Shown one piece after another: positions 1 through 13,200 of a stretch of DNA of 64,000 nucleotides (within the stretch, counting starts at the first letter, position 1; every line of letters begins with the position of its first letter). The notes under the pieces are model-generated. The model saw nothing but the letters and a program-made list of their open reading frames with translations, searched no databases and was not told the origin of the DNA. Source of the stretch: Eledone cirrhosa (lineage: Eukaryota). A program made the translations under genes and the position numbers. The stretch covers positions 121,086,001 to 121,150,000 of the forward strand of contig OZ024744.1 in assembly GCA_964016885.1 (NCBI GenBank). The letters are read 5' to 3'.

Positions 1-3000
1 GAGGAATAGAGGTAGTGATGGATGTTGTGAAGAGAGATAGTGTGAGATGGTTAGCTCATGTGTTGAGGAAGGATAAAAGTGACTGGGTGAGAGGAATAGA
101 GGTTGTGATGGATGTTGTGAAGAGAGAAAGTGTGAGATGGTTGGGTCATGTGTTGAGGAAGTATGAAAGTGACTGGGTGAGAGGAATAGAGGTAGTGATG
201 GATGTTGTGAAGAGAGATAGTGTGAGATGGTTGCGTCATGTGTTGAGGAAGTATGAAAGTGACTGGGTGAGAGGAATAGAGGTAGTGATGGATGTTGTGA
301 AGAGAGATAGTGTGAGATGGTTGGGTCATATGTTGAGGAAGGATAAAAGTGACTGGGTGAGAGGAATAGTGGTAGTGATGGATGTTGCGAAGAGAGATAG
401 TGTGAGATGGTTGGGTCATGTGTTGAGGAAGTATGAAAGTGACTGGGTGAGAGGAATAGAGGTAGAGATGGATGTTGTGAAGAGAGATAGTGTTTGATGG
501 TTGGGTCATGTGTTGAGGAGGGATAAAATTGACTGGGTGAGAGGAATAGAGGTAGTGAGGATGTTGTGAAGAGAGATAGTGTTTGATGGTTGGGTCATGT
601 GTTGAGGAAGGATAAAAGTGACTGGGTGAGAGGAATAGAGGTAGAGATGGATGTTGTGAAGAGAGATAGTGTGAGATGGTTGGGTCATGTGTTGAGGAAG
701 GATAAAAGTGACTGGGTAAGAGGAATAGATGTAGTGATGGATGTTGTGAGGAGAGATAGTGTGAGATGGTTGGGTCATGTTTTGAGGAAGTATGAAAGTG
801 ACTGTGTGAGAGGAATAGAGGTAGTGATAGATGTTGTGAAGAGAGATAGTGTGAGATGGTTGGGTCATGTGTTGAGGAAGTATGAAAGTGACTGGGTGAG
901 AGGAATAGAGGTAGAGATGGATGTTGTGAAGAGAGATAGTGTGAGAAGGTTGGGTCATGTGTTGAGGAAGTATGAAAGTGACTGGGTGAGAGGAATAAAG
1001 GTAGTGATGGATGTTGTGAAGAGATATAGTGTAAGATGGTTGGGTCATGTGTTGAGGAGGGATAAAATTGATTGGGTGAGAGGAATAGAGGTAGTGATGG
1101 ATGTTGTGAAGAGAGATAGAGTGAGATGGTTGGGTCATGTGTTGAGGAAGGATAAAAGTGACTGGGTGAGATGAATAGAGGTAGTGATGGATGTTGTGAA
1201 GAGAGATAGTGTGAGATGGTTGGGTCATGTGTTGAGGAAGGATAAAAGTGACTCGGTGAGAGGAATAGAGGTAGTGATAGATGTTGTGAAGAGAGATAGT
1301 GTGAGATGGTTGGGTCATGTGTTGAGGAAGGATAAAAGTGACTGGTTGAGAGGAATAGAGGTAGTGATGGATGTTGTGAAGAGAGATAGTGTGAGATGGT
1401 TGGGTCATGTGTTGAGGAAGGATAAAAGTGACTGGGTGAGAGGAATAGAGGTAGTGATGGATGTTGTGGAGAGAGATAGTGTGAGACGGTTAGCTCATGT
1501 GTTGAGGAAGGATAAAAGAGACTGGGTGAGAGGAATAGAGGTTGTGATGGATGTTGTGAAGAGAGATAGTGTGAGATGGTTGGGTCATGTGTTGAGGAAG
1601 TATGAAAGTGACTGGGTGAGAGGAATAGAGGTAGTGATGGATGTTGTGAAGAGAGAAAGTGTGAGATGGTTGGGTCATGTGTTGAGGAAGTATGAAAGTG
1701 ACTGGGTGAGAGGAATAGAGGTAGAGATGGATGTTGTGAAGAGAGATAGTGTTTGATGGTTGGGTCATGTGTTGAGGAAGGATAAAAGTGACTGGGTGAG
1801 AGGAATAGAGGTAGTGATGGATGTTGTGAAGAGAGATAGTGTGAGATGGTTGGGTCATGTGTTGAGGAAGGATAAAAGTGACTGGGTGAGAGGAATAGAG
1901 GTAGTGATGGATGTTGTGAAGAGAGATAGTGTGAGATGGTTGGGTCTTGTGTTGAGGAAGGATAAAAGTGAATGGGTGAGAGGAATAGAGGTAGTGATGG
2001 ATGTTGTGAAGAGAGATAGTGTGAGATGGTTGGGTCACGTGTTGAGGAAGGATAAAAGTGAGTCGTCGAGAGGAATAGAGGTAGTGATGGATGTTGTGAA
2101 GAGAGATAGTGTGAGATGGTTGGGTCATGTGTTGAGGAAGTATGAAAGTGACTGGGTGAGAGGAATAGAGGTAGTGATGGATGTTGTGAAGAGAGACAGT
2201 GTGAGATGGTTGGGTCATATGTTGAGGAAGGATAAAAGTGACTGGGTGAGAGGAATAGGGGTAGTGATGGATGTTGTGAGGAGAGATAGTGTGAGATGGT
2301 TGGGTCATGTGTTGAGGTAGTATGAAAGTGACTGGGTTAGAGGAATAGAGGTAGTGATAGATGTTGTGAAGAGAGATAGTGTGAGATGGTTGGGTCATGT
2401 GTTGAGGAAGTATGAAAGTGACTGGGTGAGAGGAATAGAGGTAGAGATGGATGTTGTGAAGAGAGATAGTGTGAGAAGGTTGGGTCATGTGTTGAGGAAG
2501 TATGAAAGTGACTGGGTGAGAGGAATAAAGGTAGTGATGGATGTTGTGAAGAGAGATAGTGTGAGATGGTTGTCATGTGTTGAGGAGGGATAAAATTGAT
2601 TGGGTGAGAGGAATAGAGGTAGTGATGGATGTTGTGAAGAGAGATAGAGTGAGATGGTTGGGTCATGTGTTGAGGAAGGATAAAAGTGACTGGGTGAGAT
2701 GAATAGAGGTAGTGATGGATGTTGTGAAGAGAGATAGTGTGAGATGGTTGGGTCACGTGTTGAGGAAGGATAAAAGTGACTGGGTGAGAGGAATAGAGGT
2801 AGTGATGGATGTTGTGAAGAGAGATATGTGAGATGGTTGGGTCATGTGTTGAGGAAGGATAAAAGTGACTGGGTGAGAGGAATAGAGGTAGTGACGGATG
2901 TTGTGTAGAGAGATAGTGTGAGATGGTTGGGTCATGTGTTGAGGAAGGATAAAAGTGACTCGGTGAGAGAAATAGAGGTAGTGATAGATGTTGTGAAGAG

Positions 3001-6000
3001 AGATAGTGTGAGATGGTTGGGTCATGTGTTGAGGAAGTATGAAAGTGACTGGGTGAGAGGAATAGAGGTAGTGATGGATGTTGTGAAGAGAGATAGTGTG
3101 AGATGGTTGGGTCATATGTTGAGGAAGGATAAAAGTGACTGGGTGAGAGGAATAGAGGTAGTGATGGATGTTGCGAAGAGAGATAGTGTGAGATGGTTGG
3201 GTCATGTGTTGAGGAAGGATAAAATTGACTGGGTGAGAGGAATAGAGGTAGTGATGGATGTTGTGAAGAGAGATAGTGTGAGATGGTTAGCTCATGTGTT
3301 GAGGAAGGATAAAAGTGACTGGGTGAGAGGAATAGAGGTTGTGATGGATGTTGTGAAGAGAGAAAGTGTGAGATGGTTGGGTCATGTGTTGAGGAAGTAT
3401 GAAAGTGACTGGGTGAGAGGAATAGAGGTAGTGATGGATGTTGTGAAGAGAGATAGTGTGAGATGGTTGGGTCATGTGTTGAGGAAGTAAGAAAGTGACT
3501 GGGTGAGAGGAATAGAGGTAGTGATGGATGTTGTGAAGAGAGATAGTGTGAGATGGTTGGGTCATATGTTGAGGAAGGATAAAAGTGACTGGGTGAGAGG
3601 AATAGTGGTAGTGATGGATGTTGCGAAGAGAGATAGTGTGAGATGGTTGGGTCATGTGTTGAGGAAGTATGAAAGTGACTGGGTGAGAGGAATAGAGGTA
3701 GAGATGGATGTTATGAAGAGAGATAGTGTTTGATGGTTGGGTCATGTGTTGAGGAGGGATAAAATTGACTGGGTGAGAGGAATAGAGGTAGTGAGGATGT
3801 TGTGAAGAGAGATAGTGTTTGATGGTTGGGTCATGTGTTGAGGAAGGATAAAAGTGACTGGGTGAGAGGAATAGAGGTAGAGATGGATGTTGTGAAGAGA
3901 GATAGTGTGAGAAGGTTGGGTCATGTGTTGAGGAAGTATGAAAGTGACTGGGTGTGAGGAATAGAGGTAGTGATGGATGTTGTGAAGAGAGATAGTGTGA
4001 GATGGTTGGGTCATGTGTTGAGGAGGGATAAAATTGATTGGGTGAGAGGAATAGAGGTAGTGATGGATGTTGTGAAGAGAGATAGTGTTTGATGGTTGGG
4101 TCATGTGTTGAGGAAGGATAAAAGTGACTGGGTGAGAGGAATAGAGGTAGTGATGGATGTTGTGAAGAGAGATATGTGAGATGGTTGGGTCATGTGTTGA
4201 GGAAGGATAAAAGTGACTGGGTGAGAGGAATAGAGGTAGTGACGGATGTTGTGAAGAGAGATAGTGTGAGATGGTTGGGTCATGTTTTGAGGAAGGATAA
4301 AAGTGACTCGGTGAGAGGAATAGAGGTAGTGATAGACGTTGTGAAGAGAGATAGTGTGAGATGGTTGGGTCATGTGTTGAGGAAGGATAAAAGTGACTGG
4401 TTGAGAGGAATAGAGGTAGTGATGGATGTTGTGAAGAGAGATAGTTTGAGATGGTTCGCTCATGTGTTGAGGAAGGATAAAAGTGACTGGGTGAGAGGAA
4501 TAGAGGTTGTGATGGATGTTGTGAAGAGAGATAGTGTGAGATGGTTGGGTCATGTGTTGAGGAATTATGAAAGTGACTGGGTGAGAGGAATAGAGGTAGT
4601 GATGGATGTTGTGAGGAGAGATAGTGTGAGATGGTTGGGTCATGTGTTGAGGAAGTATGAAAGTGACTGGGTGAGGGGAATAGAGGTAGTGATAGATGTT
4701 GTGAAGAGAGATAGTGTGAGATGGTTGGGTCATGTGTTGAAAAAGGATAAAAGTGAGTGGGTGAGAGCAATAGAGGTAGTGATGGATGCCGTGAAGAGAG
4801 ATAGTGTGAGATGGTTGGGTCATGTGTTGAGGAAGGATAAAAGTGACTGGGTGAGAGGAATAGAGGTAGTGATGGATGTTGTGAAGAGAGATAGTGTGAG
4901 ATGGTTGGCTCATGTGTTGAGCAAGGATAAAAGTGACTGGGTGAGAGGAATAGAGGTAGTGGTGGATGTTGTGAAGAGAGATAGTGTGAGATGGTTGGGT
5001 CATGTGTTGAGGAAGGATAAAAGTGACTGGGTGAGAGGAATAGAGGTAGTGACGGATGTTGTGAAGAGAGATAGTGTGAGATGGTTGGGTTATGTGTTGA
5101 GGAAGGATAAAAGTGAGTCGTCGAGAGGAATAGAGGTAGTTATGGATGTTGTGAAGAGAGATAGTGTGAGATGGTTGGGTCATGTGTTGAGGAAGGATAA
5201 AAGTGACTGGGTGAGAGGAATAGAGGTAGTGATGAATGTTGCGAACAGAGATAGTGTGAGATGGTTGGGTCATGTGTTGAGGAAGGATAAAAGTGACTGG
5301 GTGAGAGGAATAGAGGTAGTGATGGATGTTGTGAAGAGAGATAGTGTGAGATGGTTAGCTCATGTGTTGAGGAAGGATAAAAGTGACTGGGTGAGAGGAA
5401 TAGAGGTTGTGATGGATGTTGTGAAGAGAGATAGTGTGAGATGGTTGGGTCATGTGTTGAGGAAGTATGAAAGTGACTGGGTGAGAGGAATAGAGGTAGT
5501 GATGGATGTTGTGAAGAGAGATAGTGCGAGATGGTTGGGTCATATGTTGAGGAAGGATAAAAGTGACTGGGTGAGAGGAATAGGGGTAGTGATGGATGTT
5601 GTGAGGAGAGATAGTGTGAGATGGTTGGGTCATGTGTTGAGGAAGTATGAAAGTGACTGGGTGAGAGGAATAGGGGTAGTGATGGATGTTGTGAGGAGAG
5701 ATAGTGTGAGATGGTTGGGTCATGTGTTGAGGAAGTGTGAAAGTGACTGGGTGAGAGGAATAGAGGTAGAGATGGATGTTGTGAAGAGAGATAGTGTGAG
5801 AAGGTTGGGTCATGTGTTGAGGAAGTATGAGAGTGACTGGGTGAGAGGAATAGAGGTAGTGATGGATGTTGTGAAGAGAGATAGTGTGAGATGGTTGGGT
5901 CATGTTTTGAGGAAGGATAAAATTGATTGTGTGAGAGGAATAGAGGTAGTGATGGATGTTGTGAAGAGAGATAGTGTGAGATGGTTGGGTCATGTGTTGA

Positions 6001-9000
6001 GGAAGGATAAAAGTGACTGGGTGAGAGGAATAGAGGTAGTGATGGATGTTGTGAAGAGAGATATGGTAGATGGTTGGGTCATGTGTTGAGGAAGGATAAA
6101 AGCGACTGGGTGAGAGGAATAGAGGTAGTGACGAATGTTGTGAAGAGAGATAGTGTGAGATGGTTGGGTCATGTGTTGAGGAAGGATAAAAGTGACTCGG
6201 TGAGAGGAATAGAGGTAGTGATGGATGTTGTGAAGAGAGATAGTGTGAGATGGTTGGGTCATGTGTTGAGGAAGGATAAAAGTGACTGAGTGAGAGGAAT
6301 AGAGGTAGTGATGGATGTTGTGAAGAGAGATAGTGAGATAGTTGGGTCATGTGTTGAGGAAGGATACAAGTGACTGGGTGAGAGGAATAGAGGTAGTGAT
6401 GGATGTTGTGAAGAGAGATATGTGAGATGGTTGGGTCATGTGTTGAGGAAGGATAAAAGTGACTGGGTGAGAGGAATAGAGGTAGTGACGGATGTTGTGA
6501 AGAGAGATAGTGTGAGATGGTTGGGTCATGTGTTGAGGAAGGATAAAAGTGACTCGGTGAGAGGAATAGAGGTAGTGATGGATGTTGTGAAGAGAGATAG
6601 TGTGAGATGGTTGGGTCATGTGTTGAGGAAGGATAAAAGTGACTGGGTGAGAGGAATAGAGGTTGTGATGGATGATGTGAAGAGAGATAGTGAGAGATAG
6701 TGTGAGATGGTTGGGTCATGTGTTGAGGAAGTATGAAAGTGACTGGGTGAGAGGAATAGAGGTAGTGATGGATGTTGTGAAGAGAGATAGTGTGAGATGG
6801 TTGGGTCATACGTTGAGTAAGGTTAAAAGTGACTGGGTGAGAGGAATAGAGGTAGTGATGGATGTTGTGAGGAGAGACAGTGTGAGATAGTTGGGTCATG
6901 TGTTGAGGAAGGATAAAAGTGACTGGGTGAGAGGAATAGAGGTAGTGATGGATGTTGCGAAGAGAGATAGTGTGAGATGGTTGGGTCATGTGTTGAGGAA
7001 GGATAAAAGTGACTCGGTGAGAGGAATAGAGGTAGTGATGGATGTTGTGAAGAGAGATAGTGTGAGATGGTTAGCTCATGTGTTGAGGAAGGATAAAAGT
7101 GACTGGGTGAGAGGAATAGAGGTTGTGATAGATGTTGTGAAGAGAGATAGTGTGAGATGGTTGGGTCATGTGTTGAGGAAGTATGAAAGTGACTGTGTGA
7201 GAGGAATAGAGGTAGTGATGGATGTTGTGAACAGAGATAGTGTGAGATGGTTGGGTCATATGTTGAGGAAGGAAAAAAGTGATTGGGTGAGAGGAATAGA
7301 GGTAGTGGTGGATGTTGTGAGGTGAGATAGTGTGAGATGGTTGAGTCATGTGTTGAGGAAGTGTGAAAGTGACTGGGTGAGAGGAATAGAGGTAGTAATA
7401 GATGTTGTGAAGAGAGATAGTGTGAGATGGTTGGGTCATGTGTTGAGGAAGGATGAAAGTGACTGGGTGAGAGGAATAGAGGTAGTGATGGATGTTGTGA
7501 AGAGAGATAGTGTGAGATGGTTGGGTCATGTGTTAAGGAAGGATAAAAGTGACTGGGTGAGAGGAATAGAGGTAGTGATGGATGTTGTGAAGATAGATAG
7601 TGTGAGATGGTTGGGTCATGTGTTAAGGAAGTATGAATGTGACTGGGTGAGAGGAATAGAGATAGTGATGGATGTTGTGAGGAGAGATAGTGTGAGATAG
7701 TTGGGTCATGTGTTGAGGAAGGATAAATGTGACTGGGTGAGAGGAATAGTGGTAGTGATGGATGTTGTAAAGGGAGATAGTGTGAGATGGTTGGGTCATG
7801 TGTTGAGGAAGTATAAAAGTGACTGGGTGAGAGGAATAGAGGTAGTGATGGATGTTGTGAAGAGAGATAGTGTGAGATGGTTGGGTCCTGTGTTGAGGAA
7901 GGATGAATGTGACTGGGTGAGAGGAATAAAGGTAGTGATGGATGTTGTGAAGAGAGATAGTGTGAGATGGTTGGGTCATGTGTTGAGGAGGGATAAAATT
8001 GATTGGGTGAGAGGAATAGAGGTAGTGATAGATGTTGTGAAGAGAGATAGTGTGAGATGGTTGGGTCATGTGTTGAGGAAGGATAAAAGTGATTGGGTGA
8101 GATGAATAGAGGTAGTGATGGATGTTGTGAAGAGAGATAGTGTGAGATGGTTGGGTCACGTGTTGAGGAAGGATAAAAGTGACTGGGTGAGAGGAATAGA
8201 GGTAGTGATGGATGTTGTGAAGAGAGATATGTGAGATGGTTGGGTCATGTGTTGAGGAAGGATAAAAGTGACTGGGTGAGAGGAATAGAGGTAGTGACGG
8301 ATGTTGTGTAGAGAGATAGTGTGAGATGGTTGGGTCATGTGTTGAGGAAGGATAAAAGTGACTCGGTGAGAGGAATAGAGGTAGTGATAGATGTTGTGAA
8401 GAGAGATAGTGTGAGATGGTTGGGTCATGTGTTGAGGAAGTATGAAAGTGACTGGGTGAGAGGAATAGAGGTAGTGATGGATGTTGTGAAGAGAGATAGT
8501 GTGAGATGGTTGGGTCATATGTTGAGGAAGGATAAAAGTGACTGGGTGAGAGGAATAGGGGTAGTGATGGATGTTGCGAAGAGAGATAGTGTGAGATGGT
8601 TGGGTCATGTGTTGAGGAAGGATAAAATTGACTGGGTGAGAGGAATAGAGGTAGTGATGGATGTTGTGAAGAGAGATAGTGTGAGATGGTTAGCTAATGT
8701 GTTGAGGAAGGATAAAAGTGACTGGGTGAGAGGAATAGAGGTTGTGATGGATGTTGTGAAGAGAGAAAGTGTGAGATGGTTGGGTCATGTGTTGAGGAAA
8801 TATGAAAGTGACTGGGTGAGAGGAATAGAGGTAGTGATGGATGTTGTGAAGAGAGATAGTGTGAGATGGTTGGGTCATGTGTTGAGGAAGTATGAAAGTG
8901 ACTGGGTGAGAGGAATAGAGGTAGTGATGGATGTTGTGAAGAGAGATAGTGTGAGAAGGTTGGGTCATGTGTTGAGGAAGTATGAAAGTGACTGGGTGTG

Positions 9001-12000
9001 AGGAATAGAGGTAGTGATGGATGTTGTGAAGAGAGATATTGTGAGATGGTTGGCTCATGTGTTGAGGAGGGATAAAATTGATTGGGTGAGGGGAATAGGG
9101 TAGTGATGGATGTTGTGAAGGGAGATAGTGTTTGATGGTTGGGTCATGTGTTGAGGAAGGATAAAAGTGACTGGGTGAGAGGAATAGAGGTAGTGACGGA
9201 TGTTGTGTAGAGAGATAGTGTGAGATGGTTGGGTCATGTTTTGAGGAAGGATAAAAGTGACTCGGTGAGAGGAATAGTGGTAGTGATAGACGTTGTGAAG
9301 AGAGATAGTGTGAGATGGTTGGGTCATGTGTTGAGGAAGGATAAAAGTGACTGGTTGAGAGGAATAGAGGTAGTGATGGATGCTGTGAAGAGAGATAGTG
9401 TGAGATGGTTCGCTCATGTGTTGAGGAAGGATAAAAGTGACTGGGTGAGAGGAATAGAGGTTGTGATGGATGTTGTGAAGAGAGATAGTGTGAGATGGTT
9501 GGGTCATGTGTTGAGGAATTATGAAAGTGACTGGGTGAGAGGAATAGAGGTAGTGATGGATGTTGTGAGGAGAGATAGTGTGAGATGGTTGGGTCATGTG
9601 TTGAGGAAGTATGAAAGTGACTGGGTGAGGGGAATAGAGGTAGTGATAGATGTTGTGAAGAGAGATAGTGTGAGATGGTTGGGTTATGTGTTGAAAAAGG
9701 ATAAAAGTGAGTGGGTGAGAGCAATAGAGGTAGTGATGGATGTCGTGAAGAGAGATAGTGTGAGATGGTTGTGTCATGTGTTAAGGAAGGATAAAAGTTA
9801 CTGGGTGAGAGGAACAGAGGTAGTGATGGATGTTGTGAACAGAGATAGTGTGAGATGGTTGGGTCCTGTGTTGAGGAAGGATGAAAGTGACTGGGTGAGA
9901 GGAACAGAGGTAGTGATGGATGTTGTGAAGAGAGATAGGGTGAGATGGTTGGGTCATGTGTTGAGGAAGGATAAAAGTGACTGGGTGAGAGGAATAGAGG
10001 TAGTGATGGATGTTGCGAAGAGAGATAGTGTGAGATGGTTGGGTCATGTGTTGAGCAAGGATAAAAGTGACTGTGTGAGAGGAATAGAGGTAGTGATGGA
10101 TGTTGTGAAGAGAGATAGTGTGAGATGGTTAGCTCATGTGTTGAGGAAGGATAAAAGTGACTGGGTGAGAGGAATAGAGGTTGTGATGGATGTTGTGAAG
10201 AAAGATAGTGTGAGATGGTTGGGTCATGTGTTGAGGAAGTATGAAAGTGATTGGGTGAGAGGAATAGAGGGAGTCATGGATGTTGTGAGGAGAGATAGTG
10301 TGAGATGGTTGGGTCATGTGTTGAGGAAGTATGAAAGTGACTGGGTGAGAGGAATAGTGGTAGTGATAGATGTTGTGAAGAGAGATAGTGTGAGATGGTT
10401 GGGTCATGTGTTGAGGAAGTATGAAAGTGACTGGGTGAGAGGAATAGAGGTAGAGATGGATGTTGTGAAGAGAGATAGTGTTTGATGGTTGGGTCATGTG
10501 TTGAGGAAGGATAAAAGTGACTGGGTGAGAGGAATAGAGGTAGTGATGGATGTTGTGAAGAGAGATAGTGTGAGATGGTTGGGTCATGTGTTGAGGAAGG
10601 ATAAAAGTGACTGGGTGAGAGGAATAGAGGTAGTGGTGGATGTTGTGAAGAGAGATAGTGTGAGATGGTTGGGTCATGTGTTGAGGAAGGATAAAAGTGA
10701 CTGGGTGAGAAGAATAGAGGTAGTGATGGATGTTGTGAAGAGAGATAGTGTGAGATGGTTGGGTTATGTGTTGAGGAAGGATAAAAGTGAGTCGTCGAGA
10801 GGGATAGAGGTAGTGATGGATGTTGTGAAGAGAGATAGTGTGAGATGGTTGGGTCATGTGTTGAGGAAGGATAAAAGTGACTGGGTGAGAGGAATAGAGG
10901 TAGTGATGGATGTTGCGAAGAGAGATAGTGTGAGATGGTTGGGTCACGTGTTGAGGAAGGATAAAAGTTACTGGGTGAGAGGAATAGAGGTAGTGCTGGA
11001 TGTTGTGAAGAGAGATAGTGTGAGATGGTTAGCTCATGTGTTGAGGAAGGATAAAAGTGACTGGGTGAGAGGAATAGAGGTTCTGATGGATGTTGTGAAG
11101 AGAGATAGTGTGAGATGGTTGTGTCATGTGTTGAGGAAGTATGAAAGTGACTGGGTGAGAGGAATAGAGGTAGTGATGGATGTTGTTAAGAGAGATAGTG
11201 TGAGATGGTTGGGTCATATATTGAGGAAGGATAAAAGTGACTGGGTGAGAGGAATAGGGGTAGTGATGGATGTTGTGAGGAGAGATAGTGTGAGATGGTT
11301 GGGTCATGTGTTGAGGAAGTGTGAAAGTGACTGGGTGAGAGGAATAGAGGTAGAGATGGATGTTGTGAAGAGAGATAGTGTGAGAAGGTTGGGTCATGTG
11401 TTGAGGAAGTATGAAAGTGACTGGGTGAGAGGAATAGAGGTAGTGATGGATGTTGTGAAGAGAGATAGTGTGAGATGGTTGGGTCATGTGTTGAGGAGGG
11501 ATAAAATTGATTGTGTGAGAGGAATAGAGGTAGTGATGGATGTTGTGAAGAGAGATAGTGTGAGATGGTTGGGTCATGTGTTGAGGAAGGATAAAAGTGA
11601 CTAGGTGAGAGGAATAGAGGTAGTGATGCATGTTGTGAAGAGAGATAGTGTGAGATGGTTGGGTCATGTGTTGAGGAAGGATAAAAGTGACTGGGTGAGA
11701 GGAATAGAGGTAGTGATGGATGTTGTGAAGAGAGATATGTGAGATGGTTGGGTCATGTGTTGAGGAAGGATAAAAGCGACTGGGTGAGAGGAATAGAGGT
11801 AGTGATGGATGTTGTGAAGAGAGATAGTGTGAGATGGTTGGGTCATGTGTTGAGGAAGGATAAAAGTGACTGGGTGAGAGGAATAGAGGTAGTGATGGAT
11901 GTTGTGAAGAGAGATAGTGAGATGGTTGGGTCATGTGTTGAGGAAGGATACAAGTGACTGGGTGAGAGGAATAGAGGTAGTGATGGATGTTGTGAAGAGA

Positions 12001-13200
12001 GATATGTGAGATGGTTGGGTCATGTGTTGAGGAAGGATAAAAGTGACTGGGTGAGAGGAATAGAGGTAGTGACGGATGTTGTGAAGAGAGATAGTGTGAG
12101 ATGGTTGGGTCATGTGTTGAGGAAGGATAAAAGTGACTCGGTGAGAGGAATAGAGTTAGTGATGGATGTTGTGAAGAGAGATAGTGTGAGATGGTTGGGT
12201 CATGTGTTGAGGAAGGATAAAAGTGACTGGGTGAGAGGAATAGAGGTAGCGATGGATGTTGTGAAGAGAGATAGTGTGAGATGGTTAGGTCATGTGTTGA
12301 GGAAGTATGAAAGTGACTGGGTGAGAGGAATAGAGGTTGTGATGGATGATGTGAAGAGAGATAGTGAGAGATAGTGTGAGATGGTTGGGTCATGTGTTGA
12401 GGAAGTATGAAAGTGACTGGGTGAGAGGAATAGAGGTAGTGATGGATGTTGTGAAGAGAGATAGTGTGAGATGGTTGGGTCATACGTTGAGTAAGGTTAA
12501 AAGTAACTGGGTGAGAGGAATAGAGGTAGTGATGGATGTTGTGAGGAGAGATAGTGTGAGATAGTTGGGTCATGTGTTGAGGAAGAATAAAAGTGACTGG
12601 GTGAGAGGAATAGAGGTAGTGATGGATGTGGCGAAGAGAAATAGTGTGAGATGGTTGGGTCATGTGTTGAGGAAGGATAAAGGTGACTCGGTGAGAGGAA
12701 TAGAGGTAGTGATGGATGTTGTGAGGTGAGATAGTGTGAGATGGTTGAGTCATGTGTTGAGGAAGTGTGAAAGTGACTGGGTGAGAGGAATAGAGGTAGT
12801 AATAGATGTTGTGAAGAGAGATAGTGTGAGATGGTTGGGTCATGTGTTGAGGAAGGATGAAAGTGACTGGGTGAGAGGAATAGAGGTAGTGATGGATGTT
12901 GTGAAGAGAGATAGTGTGAGATGGTTGGGTCATGTGTTAAGGAAGGATAAAAGTGACTGGGTGAGAGGAATAGAGGTAGTGATGGATGTTGTGTAGAAAG
13001 ATAGTGTGAGATGGTTGGGTCATGTGTTAAGGAAGTATGAATGTGACTGGGTGAGAGGAATAGAGATAGTGATGGATGTTGTGAAGAGAGATAGTGTGAG
13101 ATAGTTTGGTCATGTGTTGAGGAAGGATAAAAGTGACTGGGTGAGAGGAATAGTGGTAGTGATGGATGTTGTAAAGGGAGATAGTGTGAGATGCTTGGGT
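1..13200 (+). repeat. Left sub-domain of the array, with imperfect segmental duplications (offsets about 3236, 5403, 5674 bp)
   Basis: Paired ORF-track patterns 51/3287, 2753/8156, 2918/8321, 5355/11029, 6690/12364. Carries the GTGTTTGATGG stop variant (e.g. 491-500, 10481) and 100-bp monomers. Lacks the GAATCAGAG insertion and the divergent 'HVEKRDNV' monomer. Confidence 0.75.
271..360 (+). mobile_element. Representative monomer: probable fragment of RTE-clade non-LTR retrotransposon ORF2 (region just C-terminal to the RT core); non-autonomous relic, applies to all monomers
   Basis: The consensus monomer translates to GIEVVMDVVKRDSVRWLGHVLRKDKSDWVR (this copy has HML for HVL), matching from memory the RTE ORF2 pattern G(I/V)xx(I/V)xxxxxxxRLRW(F/L/A/Y)GHVxRxxxxxxx(K/R). 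No RT core, endonuclease or 3' tail is present in the window. Confidence 0.7.

Noticed and set aside
65-148. Internal 26-30-bp sub-repeat (GAGGAA...AGTGA.TGG...GTGA) suggesting the monomer arose from a shorter unit
   Set aside because: The similarity is weak and expected in a nearly three-letter sequence. The LINE-like translation explains the monomer better, though such microhomology may have aided the first duplication.
1-180. Canonical G-quadruplex or simple telomeric repeat
   Set aside because: The consensus has only two GGG runs per monomer, separated by 28 and 56 nt, and no TTAGG(G)-type tandem units. Weak two-tetrad structures cannot be judged by eye.
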